Below, one piece after another: positions 8,676 to 15,543 of a stretch of DNA of 21,900 nucleotides. Below the pieces are notes generated by a model. It searched no databases. It had not been told where the DNA came from and saw only the letters and a list, made by a program, of their open reading frames with translations. The translations under genes were made by a program, and so were the position numbers. Source of the stretch: Candidatus Parcubacteria bacterium (lineage in GTDB: Bacteria > Patescibacteriota > Minisyncoccia > Phycocordibacterales > UBA918). Every line of letters starts with the position of its first letter. Position 1 is the stretch's first letter. Where the stretch lies: assembly GCA_046050355.1 (NCBI GenBank), contig JBJOPW010000015.1, forward strand, positions 1-21,900, written 5' to 3'.

Positions 8676-8709
8676 CAAAAAACCTTTCTGTTAACAGAAA
8701 GGTTTTTTG
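8676..8709. terminator. Terminator after adk
   Basis: Perfect palindrome caaaaaacctttctgtt|aacagaaaggttttttg. Confidence 0.8.
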
Positions 8710-8812
8710 GTTCAGTAATCAGTTGGTATCTACACTACTTCATTTAAATGAAGTAGTATAGATTTTATATCTCATTGCCTTTAGACCTATTTTCCTCTAT
8801 AGTAGCCATATT

Positions 8813-9592
8813 ATGTCGGGTATTAAGAAGAAATCATCAGAAGAAATCGACGTGCTTCGTGAAGCGGGGCGGATTTTGGCGACTATCCTGAAGCGCCTCG
8901 GTGAAGCCGCCAAGCCTGGGGTCTCGACCCTTGATCTTGATGATTTGGCTATGGAGATGGTTGAGGAATATGGGGTAGAGCCAGTCCTCCTTGGCTACCA
9001 TCCGACGTTTGCTCCGACACCGTACCCAGCGGCGGTCTGTATTTCAGTCAATGACTGCGTACAGCACGGTATTCCTTCAGCCGATATCGTTCTTAAGGAG
9101 GGTGATGTCGTGAATCTCGATATGTCCATTGGGCTAAAGGGTATGATTGTTGACTCAGGCATTACCGTTGGCGTGGGGGAGATCTCAAAAGAAGCCTCGT
9201 CCTTGATTGCCTGCACCCGTGAGGCTCTCGCTCACGCCATCAAGGAAGCGAAGCCCGGCAATCATATCGGCGACATTAGTCACGCCATTGGAGAATTTGT
9301 AAAAAGTCGGGGCATGAGTCCGGTCGAGGTCCTCTGTGGTCACGGGGTTGGCTACGCCGTGCACGAAGAACCAAATATTCCCAATGTCGGCAAAGCCGGT
9401 CAGGGACCACTGATTGAAGTTGGGCATGTCTACGCCATTGAGCCGATTGTGAACCTGGGTAAAGCCGATGTGTATTTTGATGATGAAGGCGACGGCTACA
9501 GTGTCTACACTACAGATGGCTCAATCTCAGCTCACTTTGAACACACCGTTGCCATTACTGAGCACGGAGCAGAGATATTGACGAGAGCATAG
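8813..9592 (+). CDS. map: Type I methionine aminopeptidase
   Basis: CISVNDCVQHGIP, D...DSG, GHGVGYAVHEEP, AIEP, SAHFEHTV. Confidence 0.98.
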   Translation: MSGIKKKSSEEIDVLREAGRILATILKRLGEAAKPGVSTLDLDDLAMEMVEEYGVEPVLLGYHPTFAPTPYPAAVCISVNDCVQHGIPSADIVLKEGDVVNLDMSIGLKGMIVDSGITVGVGEISKEASSLIACTREALAHAIKEAKPGNHIGDISHAIGEFVKSRGMSPVEVLCGHGVGYAVHEEPNIPNVGKAGQGPLIEVGHVYAIEPIVNLGKADVYFDDEGDGYSVYTTDGSISAHFEHTVAITEHGAEILTRA

Positions 9593-9635
9593 TCCTTTAG
9601 TGACTTTGATGTAGTGGTTGTCCTCATCTACTAAT

Positions 9636-9664
9636 TTTACAAATTCATCAAAACGGCCTACACT
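9636..9664 (+). promoter_or_regulatory. Putative promoter of the sRNA candidate
   Basis: TTTACA-17 nt-TACACT. Confidence 0.5.
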
Positions 9665-9670
9665 GAAAGT

Positions 9671-9765
9671 AGGCAGCAGATCCTCCCTCCCTACGATTTG
9701 GTGTCTAACCTCCCTGTTGGACTTGGCCGAGCTCTCACTCCCTGGAGCTCGGCCCTTTTCCTTTT
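9671..9765 (+). ncRNA. Candidate sRNA with three hairpins, each with a C-rich anti-SD loop (cuckoo/RsaE-like architecture)
   Basis: cagatc[ctccctccctac]gatttg; gtctaac[ctccct]gttggac; ggccgagctc[tcactccctg]gagctcggcc followed by a U-rich tail. Confidence 0.65.
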
Positions 9766-9933
9766 CTATAATTTTGTTGTAGTGATCAAACTCCTCAAAG
9801 ACCCTGTCGCAGAGGACCTGCCTGCGGCTTCTGTCGCCACTTCAACCCCCCGTTTTCGCAACCGATGGAGGGTCTTTTCTTTTATAGTGGACAATGGTAT
9901 AGTGCGGGCGTTATTTTGTAACTTATTTTTAGC

Positions 9934-10536
9934 ATGAAGCACCCACACCAAGAACGTACCTTTGTTATCCTGAAGCCTGACACTGTCCAGCGCTCACTGA
10001 TTGGCGAAGTGATCAAGCGCTTTGAACGCACTGGTCTTAAGTGCACCGCCATGAAGATGTTTATGGCTGACGAAGCTCGCCTTCTTGAGCACTACAACAA
10101 GGACGATGCCTGGTTTTTGAAGAAGGGAACACGCATCGTTGAGGACCTCAAGGCTCAAGGCCGTCCTGTTGAGAAGGAAGCTATTGAATACGGTAAGGAT
10201 ATCATTCGGACGATTGTGCACTACATGGAAGCGGCACCAGTAGTAGCCATGGTGTGGGAGGGTAATGCCTCAGTCGCCGTAATTACAAAGCTCGTTGGTA
10301 CCACTGAACCAACCACTTCAGATGTAGGTACTATCCGTGGTGACTACACTGTTGATTCATACAGTCACTCATCATACGAGGATCGAGCCGTGCGAAATCT
10401 CATCCACTGTTCTGAGTCTCCCGAGGAAGCCGAACGTGAAATCGCACTTTGGTTTGCCGAAGACGAAATCATGAAGTATACGACGGCGCAGGAACGGATC
10501 ATGTACGATATCAACCTAGACGGAAAGGGAGAATAG
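9934..10536 (+). CDS. ndk: Nucleoside diphosphate kinase
   Basis: ERTFVILKPD, GTIRGDY, RNLIHCSES (catalytic His). Confidence 0.96.
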   Translation: MKHPHQERTFVILKPDTVQRSLIGEVIKRFERTGLKCTAMKMFMADEARLLEHYNKDDAWFLKKGTRIVEDLKAQGRPVEKEAIEYGKDIIRTIVHYMEAAPVVAMVWEGNASVAVITKLVGTTEPTTSDVGTIRGDYTVDSYSHSSYEDRAVRNLIHCSESPEEAEREIALWFAEDEIMKYTTAQERIMYDINLDGKGE

Positions 10537-10569
10537 CCAAAAGCACTTCATTGTCTTTGTCAGACTACG

Positions 10570-10618
10570 AAAAAAGACCCGCGCTGGACACCCTCGTCCC
10601 ACTTGGGTCTTTTTTCTT
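10570..10618 (+). terminator. Terminator-like hairpin after ndk
   Basis: aaaaaagaccc...gggtctttttt. Confidence 0.6.
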
Positions 10619-10748
10619 GTCTTTCGCGACACTAAAGCACTTTTGACTATTCTCTACATGTTCACCTAATGTGGAATGCTAAACATACATGCACACAAAA
10701 AGAAGCCGACCCCTTTAGGGGTTGGCTCATTTTTGCTATACTACCTTA

Positions 10749-10895
10749 GGGACGACATCACGTATGTTCCGGTTATATAACACGCAGGGCTGCCTGAAGT
10801 CGCGAGGAGTAATGAGAATTCGCAAGAAATTTCAGACACGAATCGGAAAGGGTGCCCACCTGGACTTAGTCTAGGAGCATGCGTCTGTCGTTCCC
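10749..10895 (+). ncRNA. ssrS: 6S RNA
   Basis: Closing stems gggacgaca/tgtcgttccc and acgtatgttcc/ggagcatgcgt, central bubble, gggtgcccacctg motif typical of 6S; TGnTATACT -10 at 10737-10742; own terminator. Confidence 0.8.
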
Positions 10896-10931
10896 ACAAA
10901 AAAGGCCTTCGCAACGAAGGCCTTTTTTGTG
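10896..10931 (+). terminator. Terminator of 6S RNA
   Basis: acaaaaaaaggccttcg caa cgaaggccttttttgt. Confidence 0.85.
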
Positions 10932-10977
10932 CCCGCTAGAGACGTATGAGGGGCAAGGATATGATACGATATAGATA

Positions 10978-11376
10978 ATGATCTACGCAGTGACGATTAT
11001 CTTCGGTATCACCTTTGCCGTCTTACACACCTTAGCTGAAGCCCTCTCGCTCTATTGGCAATACGAATGGCTCGATATGCCGATGCATATTCTCGGCGGT
11101 ATTGTACTCATGTTTATGTTTGCGAGTTTGCGTCAAATGTCCCCGATGCTCAAGCGACTCCCTGCGTATCTATCAGTCCTTGGTTTTAGTACTGCCCTTA
11201 TCCTGTGGGAGCTGTTTGGTATTTGGCGGTTTGGCGGGCTTAAACCCGATTATTGGTCTGATACTATTGGTGATCTTATCTGTGGCGTAGTCGGTCTCGT
11301 CACAGGCTACATGCTTGTACGTACGATGACAGAATTTAGCAAACTAACGCAACGACATGATGAGCGTCGCTCATGA
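10978..11376 (+). CDS. Hypothetical 4-TM membrane protein (VanZ/DUF2238-like motifs)
   Basis: WLDMPMHILGG, LWELF, DTIGDL; four hydrophobic segments. Confidence 0.8.
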   Translation: MIYAVTIIFGITFAVLHTLAEALSLYWQYEWLDMPMHILGGIVLMFMFASLRQMSPMLKRLPAYLSVLGFSTALILWELFGIWRFGGLKPDYWSDTIGDLICGVVGLVTGYMLVRTMTEFSKLTQRHDERRS

Positions 11377-11386
11377 ACAAGTTTGT

Positions 11387-12757
11387 ATGAAAAGTACATT
11401 AGGATTTTATGGTGGGGTAGGGAGTGTGACTGGGGCAAACTTTATGCTTGATACCGGTGCGGCGGCGTTTCTTGTCGACTGTGGGCTTGTACAAGGCGAC
11501 CGTTTTGCTGCAGAAGCAAACGCCGTGCCGTTCGTATACAATCCGGCCCAAGTCGATGTGCTCCTCGTAACTCACGCGCATGCTGACCATATCGGTCGGA
11601 TCCCGAAGCTTATCAAAGATGGTTTTCAAGGAGTAATTTATTCCACTCATCCGACGAAAGACTTGGCGAACATCATGCTCCGTGATGCACTCAAGGTGAT
11701 GGAGTACGAGTATGAGCGGTATGGCTACGAGGTCCTCTATGAAGTAGGTGATATCGACCGCGCCCTCTCCCTCTGGAAGACGGTTGGCTATAATGAAGCG
11801 TTCAGTCTCCCTGATGGAGTGACCGCACACTACACTGACGCTGGGCATATTCTTGGTTCGGGAATGATTCATCTTGAACGTGGGGGACAAAAAATTGTTT
11901 TCACCGGTGATATCGGCAATGTGCCGCAACCACTGTTGGCCCCGCCGGTGATACCTACAGACTATGACTACCTCATCATGGAAAGTGTTTATGGCGACCG
12001 CCTCCACGAACAAGTAAAAGAACGCACCGCCCTCCTCCAACACTACATCGAGGAGACGAGACAAAAGGGTGGAACGCTCATCATTCCGGCCTTCTCGCTC
12101 GAACGAACGCAGGGGATGTTGCTTGAAATCAACAATCTTGTCGAAAGTGGGGCAATGCAACCGATTCCGGTTTTTCTTGATTCGCCACTAGCCATCAGTG
12201 TGACTGATATCTACCGTCGCTACCGTGAGTATCTTTCGCCCGAGATTCAAGCCCAGATCAAAGCGGGGGACGACATCTTTGATTTCTCCGGATTGTCGTT
12301 TACGCGGACAGTCAAAGAATCACACGAAATCGATGAAGAAAAAGGGGCCAAGGTCATTATTGCTGGTTCGGGTATGAGTCATGGTGGTCGCATCCAACGT
12401 CACGAACAGAACTACCTCGATGATCCAAAAACCACCGTCCTCCTCGTCGGCTACCAGGCCGCCGGTAGTCTCGGTCGCATTCTCCAAGATGGCGCCAAGA
12501 AGGTCACTATTGATGGTAAGCCAGTGAAGGTGCGTGCGAGTATTGCCCGGATTGCCGGTTTTTCTGGTCATGCCGATCGTGATCAACTACTCAATCTAGT
12601 GGCCCAAGGAGCGGAGAAAGCCGAAGACATCAAAGGTATCTATGTGGTGATGGGTGAGGAGCGGTCATCGCTATTCCTCACGCAGCGCCTAAGGGATTAC
12701 CTCGGTGTAAAGGCGAAGGCACCGAATGCGAACGAAGAAGTCGAAATCGAATTCTAG
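11387..12757 (+). CDS. MBL-fold beta-CASP family ribonuclease
   Basis: Likely start 11387 (MKSTLGFYGGVGSVTGA); VDCG, THAHADHIG, AGHILGS, MESVYG, FSGHAD. Confidence 0.95.
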   Translation: MKSTLGFYGGVGSVTGANFMLDTGAAAFLVDCGLVQGDRFAAEANAVPFVYNPAQVDVLLVTHAHADHIGRIPKLIKDGFQGVIYSTHPTKDLANIMLRDALKVMEYEYERYGYEVLYEVGDIDRALSLWKTVGYNEAFSLPDGVTAHYTDAGHILGSGMIHLERGGQKIVFTGDIGNVPQPLLAPPVIPTDYDYLIMESVYGDRLHEQVKERTALLQHYIEETRQKGGTLIIPAFSLERTQGMLLEINNLVESGAMQPIPVFLDSPLAISVTDIYRRYREYLSPEIQAQIKAGDDIFDFSGLSFTRTVKESHEIDEEKGAKVIIAGSGMSHGGRIQRHEQNYLDDPKTTVLLVGYQAAGSLGRILQDGAKKVTIDGKPVKVRASIARIAGFSGHADRDQLLNLVAQGAEKAEDIKGIYVVMGEERSSLFLTQRLRDYLGVKAKAPNANEEVEIEF

Positions 12758-12878
12758 GAAATGGCAAAACGAGCGAATTACTTTGTCGCACTACGTCGTT
12801 AAACATTCACTGGATTTGTTATCCCATTCATGTTCAACTCCTTGTGCTTCTCGTACTTCATCTCGTTTTGCCATTCCC
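12757..12878. mobile_element. About 120-bp long-hairpin MITE-like element
   Basis: 14-bp perfect inverted ends aatggcaaaacgag (12760-12773)/ctcgttttgccatt (12862-12875) with continued internal pairing. Confidence 0.5.
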
Positions 12879-12910
12879 TTCAACCTGATCAGTAAGTGAT
12901 AATTTATTTT

Positions 12911-13300
12911 ATGGAAATACCTTTTACTTTAGTTACTACCGGCGTCCTCGCCCTCATCTTTTTTACTCATAGTTTACGGACTATCAATGCACGGCGGGAC
13001 ACGAAGACCAACCTCGGCGATGGTGGTAATGACATCATGCTGCGCCGTATCCGTACCCACGGCAACTTTGCTGAGTATGTACCGTTCCTTATGTTCATAT
13101 TATTCCTCCTTGAAACACAGGGTGTGCCTGTGCTGTTCCTCGGCGCATTTGCTCTCGCGGTAGTCCTCGGGCGACTCCTTCACGCCTACGGCCTCTACTC
13201 GCCAGCGACACCAGGGGTGGCCCGTGTCCTCGGGATGCAGCTGACTCTCTGGCCACTGATTCTCGGTGGGATGTACCTCATCTACCTCGGCTTATTCTAA
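12911..13300 (+). CDS. MAPEG family membrane protein
   Basis: LGDGG, RRIRTHGNFAEYVP, LLE, GRLLHAYG. Confidence 0.93.
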   Translation: MEIPFTLVTTGVLALIFFTHSLRTINARRDTKTNLGDGGNDIMLRRIRTHGNFAEYVPFLMFILFLLETQGVPVLFLGAFALAVVLGRLLHAYGLYSPATPGVARVLGMQLTLWPLILGGMYLIYLGLF

Positions 13301-13306
13301 GACCAA

Positions 13307-13340
13307 CAAAAGACCGACGCCCTTGGGCGTCGGTCTTTTG
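13307..13340. terminator. Bidirectional terminator between MAPEG and rplT
   Basis: caaaagaccgacgccc tt gggcgtcggtcttttg between convergent genes. Confidence 0.9.
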
Positions 13341-13355
13341 TAACGAAGTGAGTAG

Positions 13356-13703
13356 TTATTTGGTAACCATCTCGACTACTCGTTTGAATGCATCTGGGCG
13401 GTCTTTGGCGAGGGTTGCCAGGATCTTGCGGTCGATCTTGATACCTTTTACTTCCATAGTGTGGATGAAAGTACTGTACTTGAATCCAAGAGCTCGGAGA
13501 GCCGCATTGATGCGAACTGTCCAGAGACGACGGAAGTCGTTCTTCTTGTCTTTGCGGTGAGCGAAAGCGTGGAGTTGAGCGTGGTAGATCGCTTCTTTAG
13601 CGACGCGCTTCTTCTTTGAGCGCTGGAGTCGGTACCCCTTTACTTCAGCGAGGATATTGCGGCGGCGCTTTTGGGCCATGAGGCCTCCCTTTACACGTGA
13701 CAT
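13356..13703 (-). CDS. rplT: 50S ribosomal protein L20
   Basis: MSRVKGG, FRRLWTVRINAA, YSTFI, IDRKILA. Confidence 0.98.
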   Translation of the reverse strand: MSRVKGGLMAQKRRRNILAEVKGYRLQRSKKKRVAKEAIYHAQLHAFAHRKDKKNDFRRLWTVRINAALRALGFKYSTFIHTMEVKGIKIDRKILATLAKDRPDAFKRVVEMVTK

Positions 13704-13711
13704 ATGAAGGT

Positions 13712-13939
13712 TTATTTAGCGGCAGAGCCGTTAGTTTCTGCTAATGGCTTGGCACCCATCCCTGGCAGGAAGCGGCGACTGAGACGCTTACTGAAGTTCA
13801 GGAGCTGTGTTCGCTTGCGGCGAAGGCGCTGCTGACCAGTCTGGCGAGCGTTGAAGTGATTCTGACCAATTTTGCGAGCCACCACCTTTCCGTTTTTGGT
13901 GACTTTGACACGCTTGGTGAAAGATTTGTTGGTTTTCAT
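13712..13939 (-). CDS. rpmI: 50S ribosomal protein L35
   Basis: MKTNKSFTKRVKVTKNGK, HFN; lies between infC and rplT. Confidence 0.93.
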   Translation of the reverse strand: MKTNKSFTKRVKVTKNGKVVARKIGQNHFNARQTGQQRLRRKRTQLLNFSKRLSRRFLPGMGAKPLAETNGSAAK

Positions 13940-14107
13940 ACCAGTGCAGTTAGATGGGTAATTAAAGTTGCTAAAGCTTGTGATAATCAGACGGAAATGT
14001 GAAGCGTCTCAATATCCCAAAGCTCTAGAATGTTGATCGGGTTGCCAAAAGGGGATCTGGCAAGGTGGCAGAAATATACCGTATTTCGGTCAATTAATCA
14101 AGTTCAG

Positions 14108-14205
14108 CCCGTTAGAGTTTTTTATTGAGTATGTAGCGATTTTGGCCCATATGGGCAGCGCACGTTTATTTAGGCTTTGCAGTAGAGTATTAAAACTCTA
14201 ACGGG
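14108..14205. mobile_element. 98-bp MITE-like element, copy 2 of the CCCGTTAGA family
   Basis: Inverted ends cccgttagagtttt/aaaactctaacggg; abuts the infC stop codon. Confidence 0.65.
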
Positions 14206-14871
14206 CTAAATCAACCCACTTTCAAGGAGCGTATCAAGATCTTTCTTTTTGTTCTTCTGTGGGGCAGCGGGAGCTTTTTTCTCTTCAATCACGGGCTTCG
14301 CTGCATCTTTGAGCTTTTGGACTTTGGTGCCCGGCATGCGTTCGAGGGTAGTGGTGTAGCCCTTTGGACTTTTCTTCATTTCGTCCGCAATTTTGTATTC
14401 AGTCGGGATGATTTTAAGGAAACGATCAAGACGCTCTTTGAGGAAGGCAGCTTCCATAAACTTGTAGCGGCCCCAGAGGAAGAGGTCAACTTTCACGCGG
14501 TGTCCTTCTTCGAGCCATTCTGCGACCCGACTCGCCTTAAGGAGCTGATCGTTTTCACCGGTACCGATTTTTACCTGGACACTCTTGGTCTCAGTGACAT
14601 GGGACTTGGCCCGCATCTCACTTTCTTTTTGACCAGTATCGTAGCGGTACTTACCGTAGTCGATGATTTTCGCTACTGGCGGCTTGGCGTTTGGGCTAAT
14701 CTCAATAAGGTCAAGATTGAGTTCATCGGCCTTCGCGAGCGCGTCAGCGAGCGATAGGAGACCGAAGTTTTCGCCCTCGGGACCAACCACGCGTAACTCT
14801 TTTGCCTTGATGGCATGATTAATACGAGTCTTTACTTTTGGGGTGTACGCGTCCTTTGATTGGTTTTGCAA
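14206..14871 (-). CDS. infC: Translation initiation factor IF-3
   Basis: RINHAI, LDLIEISPNAKPPVAKIIDYGKYRY, GHRVKV; probable TTG start. Confidence 0.97.
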   Translation of the reverse strand: MQNQSKDAYTPKVKTRINHAIKAKELRVVGPEGENFGLLSLADALAKADELNLDLIEISPNAKPPVAKIIDYGKYRYDTGQKESEMRAKSHVTETKSVQVKIGTGENDQLLKASRVAEWLEEGHRVKVDLFLWGRYKFMEAAFLKERLDRFLKIIPTEYKIADEMKKSPKGYTTTLERMPGTKVQKLKDAAKPVIEEKKAPAAPQKNKKKDLDTLLESGLI

Positions 14872-14937
14872 ATTGAGTGGGCTTAAGAATTAAACAACTT
14901 CAGGGTAGGAGTGGAGTGACTACCAATTCGTAGCGCA

Positions 14938-14965
14938 AATATACCATAGAAACAGGCATTTGCAA
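14938..14965 (-). promoter_or_regulatory. Putative infC promoter
   Basis: TTGCAA-16 nt-TATATT with extended TG. Confidence 0.6.
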
Positions 14966-14982
14966 CGTTATACAGGTACGGG

Positions 14983-15010
14983 TTGCATATTTTTTTGGCC
15001 TTGCTACTAT
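14983..15010 (+). promoter_or_regulatory. Putative promoter of the leader-peptide unit
   Basis: TTGCAT-16 nt-TACTAT with extended TG, 8 nt before ATG 15019. Confidence 0.6.
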
Positions 15011-15018
15011 CAGGTTAT

Positions 15019-15111
15019 ATGAAGACACAACCAATAGTACAGTTCGTGTTCGTGCTCGTCCTTCTACTCGCAATAAAGCGAGGTTGGTTGTGTACTGCAC
15101 GGATATCCTAA
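15019..15111 (+). CDS. Putative leader peptide or small hydrophobic peptide (30 aa)
   Basis: MKTQPIVQFVFVLVLLLAIKRGWLCTARIS; lies between a promoter and a terminator hairpin. Confidence 0.5.
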   Translation: MKTQPIVQFVFVLVLLLAIKRGWLCTARIS

Positions 15112-15126
15112 AGACTCTCTGTAGCT

Positions 15127-15161
15127 CAAAGCCCGCCTTGCGCAAGCAACGGCGGGTTTTG
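15127..15161 (+). terminator. Attenuator-like terminator
   Basis: aaagcccgcc-ttgc GCAA gcaa-c-ggcgggtttt, upstream of ORF 15187. Confidence 0.65.
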
Positions 15162-15186
15162 TGTCGGCTAGGAAAAGGAGTACATC

Positions 15187-15489
15187 ATGCCGAAAGAAAA
15201 GCAGTTCTTTGTGAGTAGCGAGTGTGGTGGCGAGGCCGTGTGGTCGCTCCACAACCCGGTGCAACCCGAGTACGACCACTGGGGATGGGCCAACATCTTG
15301 CCCTGTGGCCGAGTGGAGTTCATTCGGCAGATGACACCCGCCGAAATCACCTTTATCAGGCAGCGGTACATGGTTTGGGGAGACAAACTGTCTAAGCAAC
15401 CGTGGGCCCGCGTCGTCGGCTACGAAGGCGGATCGAGTATTGGTGTCAACGCCATCAACTGCGACCCGACCGGCGGAGTGGGGGTGTAA
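15187..15489 (+). CDS. Hypothetical protein (100 aa)
   Basis: ATG with AAGGAG SD (15175-15180); followed by terminator. Confidence 0.7.
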   Translation: MPKEKQFFVSSECGGEAVWSLHNPVQPEYDHWGWANILPCGRVEFIRQMTPAEITFIRQRYMVWGDKLSKQPWARVVGYEGGSSIGVNAINCDPTGGVGV

Positions 15490-15508
15490 CATGCTCGTGC
15501 AGCTTATC

Positions 15509-15542
15509 AAGACACCGAACCAAGGTAGGTTCGGTGTCTTTT
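15509..15542. terminator. Terminator between convergent genes
   Basis: aagacaccgaacc/ggttcggtgtctt. Confidence 0.8.
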
Positions 15543-15543
15543 C

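Noticed and set aside
9698-9951. 79-aa (+) and 61-aa (-) ORFs between map and ndk
   Set aside because: They cross terminator-like hairpins and promoter motifs; RNA structure is the better explanation.
11399-12160. 253-aa ORF antisense to the beta-CASP gene
   Set aside because: Codon-mirror shadow of a conserved gene.
7982-14205. CCCGTTAGA elements as integron attC sites
   Set aside because: Arms are in the opposite order to attC (GTT first, AAC last) and there is no integrase or cassette array.
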